The notes beneath the pieces were generated by a model that saw nothing but the letters and a program-made list of their open reading frames with translations, was not told the DNA's origin and ran no database searches. Below, in pieces: positions 40,742-52,271 of a DNA stretch of 64,000 nucleotides. How positions within the stretch are numbered: the stretch's first letter is position 1; the number at the start of each line of letters is the position of its first letter. The position numbers and the translations under genes are program-made. Source of the stretch: Kudoa neothunni (Eukaryota; Animalia; Cnidaria); the NCBI GenBank assembly GCA_964304625.1, contig OZ199840.1, forward strand, positions 531,284 through 595,283, written 5' to 3'.

Positions 40742-42151
40742 TTATATAAATGTGATAGAAATGCCAAATAGTTTAACACCTATTCCAAACCAAACTGTGT
40801 AAAGTGAAGCACCATATTTGCATGTACTGTCACCAAAGTGATGATAGAATAAATGATACGTCACATATAACACAACAATAAGTTGTAGTAACCCTATACG
40901 AAATAATTGGAAATTATTGAAAAGCCATGTGTACATGAAAGTAAAGCAACCAAAGATGGTAGTGTAGTTGTCAGTTTATTGTATATTTTTATCATATAAA
41001 ATATGTATGAGGCGATTGAAATAATAATCGCAAAAAATCCCACCGCATGAACTATTCTGTTTATAACGAGAATGTACTGGACTAAGAAAAAATTATGGAA
41101 TATTTAGTGTTACGTGATGCGAATTTACACATATTTGGAGGCATAACGGCGACAGTGAATTTAGGGGTGTAAAAAACTAAGTAAACAAATACAAATTAAT
41201 AGAGAATTTACTGCAAACTCAGTGACTTACTCACTCTCAACTCTAAAAATCCAAACATTAATTTAGATTACAATATAAAATCAGTACTCTCTATTTTCTT
41301 CGGTGGTCGAAACACTAAATAATAATAATATGTATAATATGAATCATTCATTATTTATTATATATATATATATCTATTAGAAAGTATTGTACTAAATTAT
41401 TATTGCTAGTTAACACTTAGAGTGTACTTAGAATTATAAATAAGGATTTTATACATTTAAATAATAATAACAAAATTCATCTTACCAACCATACCATTTT
41501 TCTTATAATACGAAATCTGTTCTCATAATATTTATGTTGAATACAGATATTAAGCATGATTTTACAAAAAAACACATCGCACATTATCAGGAAGTTCATT
41601 TCTTTGATTAAATATATTAAATAAAATATTACAGTATATTTGATTATCAAATTGATAATTCAATGTATTTTAAAAATAAAATTAATCAAAGGCTAATTGC
41701 ATGACTAATTTGCTTAGGCTGAGTCTGAAAACAATATTTAAATATATTACGTAATAGAATAAAAGTTGAAAAACATAATAAAACTTTAAAATTCTATTTT
41801 ACCTCCATTAATGGTATATTAAGTTGAATATAAAACTGTAAATAGATTAAATAATTGTATTTACATTCTCCACCATTATTAATTTAGGATAAAAAGTTGT
41901 GCAAAAGTGGTGCAACCCATGACACCAGAGACAACATTCCTCGAACAGCTTCCAAAAGTTCCTCTTGAGTAAACATATGGATATTGTTCGTATACCAAAA
42001 AGTTTTGACTAGCCATTCCCAGAAAGTAAACGATTTCGCCAACAAACACGATAGTGAAGCCAATAACTCCCCATACATTAAATCTTTTGAATATCTAAAA
42101 ATTTAAACCCACTAGAAAGTTTCTTAGAAAAACTACTGTTACCGTAATCAT
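40742..42151 (-). CDS. Claudin/PMP22/EMP-superfamily tetraspan membrane protein with micro-exons
   Basis: TM1 WGVIGFTIVFVGEIVYFLGMASQNF; loop SRGTFGSC..GC (degenerate W-GLW-C-C); TM2 HAVGFFAIIISIASYIF; TM3; KYGASLYTVW before TM4. Nine exons stay in frame after one base is added to the run at 41891-41895. Confidence 0.8.
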
Positions 42152-43511
42152 GTCAACAAATATTCTAAGGCGTCTATGGGATAATACCTACTTCCCTTAT
42201 AAGCACTAAGACAAATCCATCTCCATCATTAGTAAATAGATAGAAAAATTAGGTTTGGTATTATATTTTTATTTGAAACGTTAATTTTTCTATTTTTCAA
42301 AGATTTTTATACTTAAAAATTTATATTAAATTATTAAATCTGAAACGTGGTTCTATGTGCATAAGGTAACATTGGAGTATACAAATACATTAAAAATATG
42401 CCTTATCACTCCTTTTTTAACTATAGTTATTAACACTTTTAATATAAAATTAGTATATTACGTTTTTCCTAATTAAAAATCTCTTCTTTAAAATGACTTA
42501 TCATCTATTATTTAGGTTAATTAACATATATTATAATTTATTATGATAACCTAGATGTGAGAACAATCCTCATGCGACACATTCATTAGTTATTTAAATT
42601 GGTTGTGATCTCTAATATTTCAAAAAAATTAAGTTATGTATTGGGGCGATTTAAAGTTGGTTGATAAAAAAAATTTCAATATACACTTTCAAGCGATGCC
42701 TCGCAGGTTAAATGCGTCTACACTCTATAAATTATTATTTATGTGATTGGGCTTAAAAATCTTGTTTAATCATTATAATCGTATTATTTTTATGGTAAAC
42801 ATGTTTCCATAATCTGCTTATATATATTGATAGAAAGAAACTGTGTGTTTTTTATTTTCTTATAATTTTTGATAACCTTGTCTTAGTGTTATCCTCCTCT
42901 CACCTATTTGATTTAATAGCTCTCGATTAAAAAGTACACTAAAAAGCTAATTTTATGAAATAAATAATTATTAAACCAAAAGTTTATCGCAGGGTGACTG
43001 TAATTATTGCAATAAAAATCTTCCACGGTTCTATTGTTTAAAAAATACTGGGAGACGTAGTGTAATAGCTCTCCTTTCTACTAAAACTGATATATCAACG
43101 TTTATTAGATTATTCTAGGTAAATATTTACATACATACTTTTTATGAGGTTAATACCTTTTAATAAAAATCCTTACATTGGCTGGCGCATTAGAAGATAT
43201 ATCAACATTTTTATATTAATTTTGAAATTTCTATTATTTTAAACCAAAGTAAATTTATTTTTCTGTTATTTCATTGAATAAAAAAAATTTTTATTTTACA
43301 CATTGCGGAAGGTCTTACTAACACTTGTAGTTAATTTTTTGGTCATGATTTAATTCGATATTAATAATGGAGAAATAAATTTTTCGACAGTCGTTGTATT
43401 TGATGTATCATCATTCATCAATCATTCATCATTCATCATTAAAGAATTAAAATTTATTTTTATTATATTTTTAAAATAAGAATTTCATCGGCTTTAGCAT
43501 ATATATTATTA

Positions 43512-43818
43512 CAGTAGGCAAGCAATAATACGCACTAAAAACGCATGCGCATTTAAATTTTTGTTGTGTTTTCTTTATTTTTCAGCATGGGTATTATACC
43601 TTTTATTTAGTTAGAATAACAAAAAACATTATTAAGATTATTTGGACGAAAAATATTCCCAATTTTCGTTTTAAATATTGCATTGGTATATATGCAGCAT
43701 TGTATATGCCGCTCGGTGATGGTTGCTACGTTTATCTGCGCGTAATGTCAATAAAATCCAAATAAAATATAAAATTTCTTCCGGATAGCGAGATTTCCGG
43801 ATAATCGAGGTTCGACTG
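43512..43818. mobile_element. Composite pogo/Tigger MITE ends
   Basis: TA|CAGTAGG..; ..CCGGATAATCGAGGTTCGACTG|TA. Confidence 0.6.
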
Positions 43819-45859
43819 TATACATACAATTTTTAATTAAAATGAAAACCTTTCAAAATAATATCACTGTTATTTATTTAAACAAAATATAGTAATATTT
43901 TCTATTCTTTAATAGTTTAGCATATTAAAAATACTTTTAATATTTACAAAAATAACAAAAAATTCAGTAAATAAAATGGCGAAGATTGTTTAATTTAAAA
44001 AAATTGTTTAATTTAATTAATAACCAACCAATACATGAAATGTACAACACTAAATGCAAGCTCCATTCTTATTACTACGTTTCTTGCAAATTACCTGCAT
44101 AAAATAAGTTATATCGCACGTTAAATCATAATCAGATTTAAACTTATACAGATAAACAGCGATTTCAAATTATGCATTAAAATTACACTTTTCGTTATTT
44201 TTTACAACAATTCTAATTATTAACAATTTCAGCCTATATTGGAAGAAAAAATCTCCCGCAGACCGTACATTTAATTTTCTTCGAATTTACGCGCGCGCAG
44301 CCAGTTAACATAACGCTACTATTTATCGCAGAGCACTAGAATTTTTGTTGAAAAATAGCAATACATTTTTATTCTAAAGGCAATTTGACACATGGAAGAC
44401 GAATCGCACGAGAATACAAATGATAGTGCCAATCGTACAAATAATGAGGGAAATCTTTCAATTTTAGTTGATCTTGTTCAAAAATGTGACCAAATAGGAA
44501 ACAATTTGAACAATTTCAACATTCTGAATCAACACAGTTTCTATAATGATTTGTAAAATAGTTTAAACACAAACGTGATGGTTGATAGCTGTATAGAAAT
44601 GAGTTTATTGAGATGTTAAGCAAAACTAATCAATCATTGGATGACTTTCCTGATACTGAAATTCCACTAGATGCGATCGAGTAGAATACTGTTAGTTCTA
44701 CATGTCTGGATGATAGATGTGATTTAGTTTTGTTGAAAACTATGGAAATCCTGATGAGTATATATCTCGACTGAACAAAAACACCAAGCTATTTCATGAT
44801 ACATTGAAAAAACAGGTTTTTGCTGCAAATGTATTTTTGGTTGATTTTTCCAACGAGTTTTGTTAATGACAGTTGTTAGCGTTTCGAAAACAATCTGTTA
44901 CACGCACTGAGTGAGACCAATCCAGATTTCCTATCAAAATACTTACACCATCATCAGGATAATAATAATAAAGACGAAGAAGGTGGAAGTTAATCTCTAC
45001 AATCAACCGAATAATAATTATGCTATGGTTTTCATAATTGTGGTTGATCTATCTCAGCCTATCTTTTATTCCCTATAAAATTAAATATTTAGTGCACATT
45101 TGTAATATATGATTTTGATAATGATTTATGCAGATTTGTTTCTCATTGAACAATACATAATGGTTGAATTTTAATCTTTTTTCGTGTAGCAATTCTGCTC
45201 AACCCGGACATTCCAATTAATTCTAATTTAACACTCATACTGAGTTTGGGGTCATTTTTGACTCAAAAATAAATAATATATTATAACATTAACAATTCGA
45301 CGTAATAAATAAATTTAAATATTATTTTGGATATTAAGATCTTTCCAAGGTTTTCTAGAGGGATCCTGAATAGTGGTAGGCATAGCGTGGGCCGGAACTT
45401 GCTTCATAATGCTCCATTCGGCCATTGGGAGTGATAGCAAGTTTACTATAGAATTCATCTGTTTGTGATTTAATTCCTCTCTAAGCTATTTTAAAAACGA
45501 GACTAATATTAATTCATCCGTAAATGTAAAGTGTAAAGTTGCCATGTTTGTTATGCTCAAGTTTAATAACTGTTTACGTTGGACTTGCAATTAGAAACAT
45601 GAATAATTATTAAAGATGGCTAACAATATTTAGAAATTTTGAAGCAATAAAGCATATGAATTAACAGAAATATTCGGCGTCACACAACTTATGCAAACTA
45701 AAAAATAAATAAAATTACTCCGCTACAAACTACCTGATTCAATAATGTATACAAAAATTTATTGAAAAATGAGCCATTTAATTAATTTATTTGTTTGAGA
45801 AAAATCAATTAAATATGTAATTCCTTCACAAGATGTTTAATTTTAACCAAAGCGGATAC

Positions 45860-46074
45860 TGAAAAGAGAAAAATTGATAACAGGCGCCTTGTTTTTAATA
45901 AAGATTTTGTTGAAATGTATTTATTTGTACATATTAGCCCAACGCTGCTTGCCTTAATTACCACTATATCTGTGCAATACTCAAAAAATCAAATTTATAT
46001 TTTTTATTCAATTTATATTAATATTCAATTTTTTTATAATAATCCGTCCCCGCAAAAGTACAACTGTCCACCCC
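45860..46074 (+). pseudogene. hAT (GTF2IRD2/Charlie-like) transposase N-terminal remnant
   Basis: KRKIDNRRLVFNKDFVEMYLFV..ACL resembles the KRKVD.E.RVFN.EW..YFF..CLIC start of these transposases; hAT-like end CACCCCTG at ~46074. Confidence 0.6.
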
Positions 46075-46968
46075 TGAACAAGAAGAGAATATAATGTTAG
46101 TATCATTGAGGAAATTTCAAATGAATACGACATTGATAACGTAGCCAACTAGAGTCAAATTTCGTGGAAATGAGATTTAACTATAAGGGATAAGACTTCC
46201 CATTTGCCTAAGAGAGCGTAATAACAAACGTTCAACTTGTCCTTAAATTGCATTAATCCTATGTTTCACTCTCATATACCGACATTTTGTGAAAATTGTA
46301 TCAAAAATTATAACTAGACTATTATATTTTACAAATTATATTATTTTTGTCGTTGTCGATGAAGTAATTTATTCGTAAAACTACTATTTCTATCCTGGGG
46401 TCAAAAACTACCCTAAACTCATTTAAAGGTGCAAGCTGTCTATTATGTACGAGTGTAAATGAATAACTATCACTCCACTTTAACTCATATAAACTATTTA
46501 ACATTTTCTCGTATAAAAAGGGTCCAATGAACCCTGCTCATGATTGTTTCATAGATTGCAGCACTCTCAGTATAGTAAGAAAGACAAAAATCCGTCCAAC
46601 TGCTTACATATTTGTTTCATTATGTCCTTCTCATTTGGCATCCGATAGAATTAATAAGATTTCTTATTTCCGTACAAATAAACTACCTTGTATGCACATA
46701 TGCACATACATACGCACATACATACGCACATACATATGTTCATCAAGGTTCACTGGATACTGTTGTGCAGTAATGCAGTATTTTAAACCTCATATTTAAG
46801 ACATTACTAGGATTCGGCGCCAGAAATATTATTTAAATATTACCGGATTAGGATATTATTAAAATAATATCGAATTAAGCAGTACTTTAAACGCCAAGAA
46901 AAAAGTAGAAGCTGAATTAATAAGCACATTCTCACATGAAAAATACGAGAGAATTAACCGAATCAAGT

Positions 46969-47655
46969 TTAACCACTAGAATTATCGTTATTTGAATTGT
47001 TCTCCTCTGGAATGTAATGATAAGGATGATTGCGACGTCGTTTGTAAACAAATCCTATATCCATAGCGTATCTGTCGCATTCGATCGAATAGTGGTAGTC
47101 CAAATCCATCAATCTCAAATATTCATCTAATCCATGAAACATGACAAAGTAAACTAAATCACAATCATTAATCACACGAACGCTTGTACACAATCTCCCA
47201 TACAATAGTGCACTGGGCAAGCGAACATGTAAACGGTGAATATCATCATGAGAATAAGACCAAACATGTGTCTTGGTTGATCGTAATAATTCAGAGCAAG
47301 ATTTCTCACAAACAATGTCTCAGGATATATCTCATCATACACTAACCAGCCTTAGAACACAAACACCACAGGTGTAAATACATTTCCTAACTTGTAGGGG
47401 TGACAAATTTTTCCAATCTCCTTTCAACATCTGAATACTTTCTGGAGGACGATTCTTGTACCGATATATCGGTGGAATTTTGTATAACATTTTTTCTTCT
47501 TCTGACGCTTTATTTTTCTCGGTCAGCTCTTTCAATATAACGTTGGTGTAATATCTCCTTCCACCAGTCACAATGCTGAATCGGTTAAGGTTTATTTGGG
47601 GGTGAGTTGATGGATGTGATTTCAATGAAATAAAGACTCTAATAGTGAGCACCAT
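46969..47655 (-). CDS. Putative cytochrome c oxidase subunit 4-like protein (3 exons)
   Basis: Presequence-like N-terminus; LKGDWKNLSPLQVRK-LYDEIYPETLF (COX4 KGDWK.L...K.LY...F motif); single TM MFGLILMMIFTVYMFA; C-terminal RRRNHPY; splices in frame. Confidence 0.55.
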
Positions 47656-48229
47656 GGAACAGAATAGTGGCTATCGACGGTTCGTCGAAAAATTTAAATG
47701 TCGGGGTAAACGCCTCGCTAATCTTCGATTGATTGCGCGACGGACCAGCTGGAAATTCATCCATTCTTTAAAATATTTCTTCTATTTTAATATTCAGATG
47801 TATTAATAACGAACAATAGTTGTATCAAATTGTATATTTTGGTGCATGTGACTCTGAAATTACTGGTAATGCCAATGTAACATTTGATAATAGTCTTCAA
47901 TTGTGACCAAATTAATTGTACACAATTTTATATTAAATAATAATTTATAGTAAAAAAGTTAAGTATATTTTTGGAATATTCAAAATTTTACACGGACTTT
48001 AAAACGCTTGTTAACTATTATGTCACAATTACGGATGGTTCCGATGTGTGGGATATTAGTATTAGAGTTGATAAAACTGCTAATTATTCCATTCTCTCAG
48101 GCGGCAATGATTCTCAATCTTTTTCTATCGCGAAACTTTTTCTTGAAAAATATTTTTGTCCCGCTTTTTCCGAAAGTATTGATTTTTTTAAGTTAAGCTG
48201 TTTATAATTTTAAACTAGCTTCCTATCAT

Positions 48230-48736
48230 ATCAAAATTTGTATTTGATTAATATACACTTTTTTTAATTAAAACTAAAATGTAATGGATCAGATCTAACT
48301 TAGTTTATAGATGGACCCTAAAAATTAACATATTTAGTTCTTCATCCCTCCAAAAACAACATTAAGTGAAACTTGAGGTAATCTAGCGAAGCAATTAATC
48401 AATATTATACAAGGTTAAAGCAAAAACAGAGAGGAACACTATTACAAAAGAGAAAAGATTGGAATTATAACCATTCCGATTCTATTTGGGCAAAGATCAG
48501 GTTAAATGTTATTGTCTATTTTTATATAAAAGGTCGTTTTTTATTATAAGTCATCTAAAAATAAACGAGATCGAGAATCCTGGTATTGATTTCGAAGTGA
48601 ACCACACTGCTCAATTATTTCATCATATCTATGTCAAATCAATGATTAGGATTTTCCGCGTCCCACCAGAACCACTCATTAAACGTCCAAAAATGTCCAT
48701 GCCCCACCAAAATTCTTCCACATTGAGAAACACTGA
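48230..48736. mobile_element. Partial copy of the hAT MITE at 19062-19768
   Basis: Shared GATCTAA.TTAGTTTATAGATGGAC, TATAACCATTCCGATTCTA and CCATGCCCCACCAAAA; ends GAGAAACACTG. Confidence 0.8.
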
Positions 48737-48814
48737 TCTAATAAAGGCAAGATATATATAATGAAAATATATTTGAGGGGGAATTAATAATACAATTTTT
48801 TGTAAAATTTAATA

Positions 48815-49270
48815 CAGTGAAACCTTGAACTTCGACCATAACCTGTTCTATAAGTGTATTCGAACCCTTAATAATTTTTTCCTTTGCAAATTAATGAAAA
48901 TTGGTTTAATCCGTTATCACGAATCAAATAAATGACTATTTTTATTTTTCATTATGAAAAAACAAGCGCCCCTGATGTTTATAAAATATAAAATATAACA
49001 AATAAATAAATTTTAAATATAACAATTAAATATAATAAAAACGAAAACGAAATCTAGGAAAAATATTTGTCGGTTGTCATACGATAAAGTATAAAAGGTT
49101 CTCTTTCAATAACGGTCACGCAATTTGAATTAGCGACTCTTCTACTAGAATTTCTTTTCTTCTCTATTCCTTACTCCAACTGGATTTATTATGAATGCTT
49201 TTTCTATATGTATTCGAACTCAAAAGTGTTTCTGACTCAAAATTTTTGGTCTAACTCCGAGTTCGCACTG
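48815..49270. mobile_element. Tigger-like MITE
   Basis: TA|CAGTGAAACCTTGAACTTCGACC ... GGTCTAACTCCGAGTTCGCACTG|TA. Confidence 0.7.
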
Positions 49271-50537
49271 TATATTAGCAATAAATACCTTCTGTTAGCT
49301 AGGGGCGGCTAAAAAATATATTATAATTTATTTTATTTAGATATAAACAATTTCTTATAATGATTTGTGAGTGTCTATTTGTAACTGAAATAGTAAAGCA
49401 AAAACGATATTTCACTATTTTGTATTTTTATTCAGTACTACTTTTGAATTTAAAATTTCCCTTAGATTTTAATAATCATCACATCTAAAAGGTTCAACCG
49501 AAAACTTATTTACTATTGGCAATCTACAATATTTATCTAGCACATTTAAAAAATACGGGGCATACAACGAAATGTTTTATCGCTAAATGTTCTCGTATCA
49601 CCATAATTAAGCAACTGTGTTATTTGTATAATTTAACTGTTAGCAATGATCACTTTGTCAAATATACTACGTATAAGATAAGTGATGTAACCTCGTCATG
49701 AAAAACACTTTGTTTAAATAAATTTCCCTGCGTTTATTACATTAGCAAAGAACCCAATCTAGGATTATAAAATGATTTTGTTAATCTCACTAATTAACCC
49801 CCTTGATCCGATGAGCTCCGGGAGTCCAAGATTGTTATATAACTGTTAATAAACATTTGTCTGCAACATGTAAATTCTATATTTAGGTGCGAAATAAATA
49901 TAGTTGTCTATTGAAAATATTTTCAAAGTTTTTTTATCAAGAAAAGGTTTAGAATCTCGTTTAAACCAAAAATTTAGGGTTTCATTAATTTTACATGAAA
50001 TAATTAATAACGTCATAAATTTTGAACTTTTCTAATTATTTTGGAATTTTCAAGGACAATATAAGAGATTTTTTTTTGAATAAACAAAATATAAACGAGG
50101 ATTGATAATTCCAGTTGGAAAATATTCTTAAAATGTAACGCGCACGCAAGCACTAATTACGTTAGTTACAACTTTGGTGACTTTTAGAAAGCCTTAAAAT
50201 GACAACGATGATCGAATTCCCTCTAAAATGATTAACTGATAGAATAATTTTAAATATAGATCATTATATTAGAGATTTAAAAAATGGCACTTAATGTGTG
50301 ATTAAATATCGGAAACATTCGCGTATCGCGCTAACTACGTGATTTCTTGATTTATACATTTCCACCTTACGTTCCATCATTTCTATATGTATAATTTCTA
50401 AGCAATATATTTTTTTATTTAATCACATGCTCACGATTTGATAGCATTTGATCGTTAATCATAATTTTTCATTTTTTCATCCTTAAAACTTACTTTTCAA
50501 GGATAATTTCGCAGGATATTTTTTAGATTCAATAAAA

Positions 50538-51741
50538 ATGAAAAATTATGAATTCGATTTGACTCCATATGATCCAGAGGAGGTGGTTATATGCCCATAT
50601 TATGATCAACATCAAATGCCTGCCAAAAGATTACCTTATCATATGAAAAAATGTCATGAGGTGGAATAATAATGCACATGTAGTTTTTTTAATTGATTCG
50701 TTCTATTGTTAGCGATATGGAGGTGATGAATATACGAATTGTCCGATGAATCGTAGACATGTAATTCGTTCCTCTGAATTGAAATCACATTTATTAAACT
50801 GCCCCAACAAAGTAAAGTTCTTACTCTCTTATTTGCCGGACTATTTGTTGTTACATCTAATTTCGATTTAGAGTGTTATTATCAAATTAACAGAAGGTAT
50901 CTACAGTTGATTTTGTGTTGGTATACATTTTTTATTAGAGATACCGGAAGATTTTTATCTACAACAATCACAAAATAACGCCAAGTTTGAGTTGAATGAA
51001 GAAGATGAATGGGGAAATGGTAATTTTTCCGTTGATAATTGTAGGTGACGCTGTAACATCGAATTTAGAATCTTCCGCCAACAACCAAAACAACAACAAT
51101 GATACATCTCTATGTTCGGCCACAGATCCAATTGAAATACATCCGTCTTTGGTGTAAGCTATTCGTTTAACCAATTTTGGTCATAGTAATAGTGTTCTAA
51201 CGAGTTGTTAGCAATTCGCCAACTGCCTATGTATACCAACTTTCACAAGAGGTTCAAACAATGCTGTTGAATGCAGCGTATAAGTATTTGCCTGATGTAC
51301 CGTTAAATTTGAGACGTATTTTTTTGATACTTGTTGGAGTTGTTTGGAGGTTGACGTTATTTTTTGTAGGTGATTTCAAATCGCTACTAAATATGTATTG
51401 CCAGATGTCTCGCGTCAAAAGTCCCACCTATTTTGAAGTGAGCGACCCAAAAAAACGCTTTGGAAACTACGCTAGCAAATGTATCGCGTTCAATCGCAAT
51501 TTCTACAGTTCTGCAAGGTGCACCACGTTAATGCAGTCGCAACAAGATTCTGCAAAATGGGCGCTATTATTTGCCTTCATCAAAGCCGGTAGTAGTTTGA
51601 TGAGTAGAAATCAATTATAAACCAGTTACTTTAATAGCTCCAAAGGACATCTACGATGAATTTAATAAATTAGAAACAGCCAATCAAACATCTAACAAAT
51701 CAACTGAAGTTGGTGGGCCAGCGTTTAAAACAGCCCAATAA
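50538..51741 (+). CDS. GTSF1: GTSF1/Asterix-like double CHHC zinc-finger protein with C-terminal dsRBD (287 aa, 8 exons)
   Basis: Exons 50538-50660, 50713-50811, 50872-50896, 50939-51019, 51045-51153, 51212-51315, 51370-51588, 51638-51741 total 864 nt and are open. Motifs: CPYYDQH..RLPYHMKKC, CPMNRRH..ELKSHLLNC, EEDEW, DFKSLLNMYCQ..SPTY..QDSAKWAL. Confidence 0.9.
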
Positions 51742-52271
51742 TTATTGCTCTTTATTTTTTCAAAATTCATGTTTCATCACAAAACATTTAGACGATTTGT
51801 TTTTGTCAGCTTTGTATATAATTAATTACAGTTTTTGAAATTTATGTTAAAATTAAATGGGACCTATTATTATCGATTGAAACTTTGTTACGCTCGTAAA
51901 TAGTTGTTATGGTTTTTTGTCGTACTCTAGTTTTATTCTCCTTATTCTCCTTATTGTGAAAAATGATTTATATAATAATTTTTCAAACAAAAGTATCTCT
52001 GCTAATTCTACGTATTGTAAGAGTTACGTAATTTTTGAGCAACTGCTGATTAATCCAAGCGTAGATAAACATTGAGCTAACATGTTGCAATAAATTTCCT
52101 GGTGCATCTAATGTACACATAAATTTTTTTGTTTACAAGATAAACATGGAGTTGAGCTTGCTATTTCGGATAGATTATGGGGTTCTGGTTTGTTAAGCTG
52201 CTTTCACGGACGCTGTAAGTGCCGCATCCAGCTACATGTAGCTCCTTGCCCTATCATTTTCTATAGTATAA

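Noticed and set aside
41884-42078. Listed 64-aa ORF
   Set aside because: Wrong frame; the claudin-like exon is in another frame.
44390-44990. Acidic coding-like stretch (EDESHENTNDSANR..)
   Set aside because: Multiple stops, no recognisable family; probably a decayed TE.
46690-46737. CATA/CGCA tandem repeat within ORF 46527-46799
   Set aside because: Simple microsatellite creating a spurious ORF.
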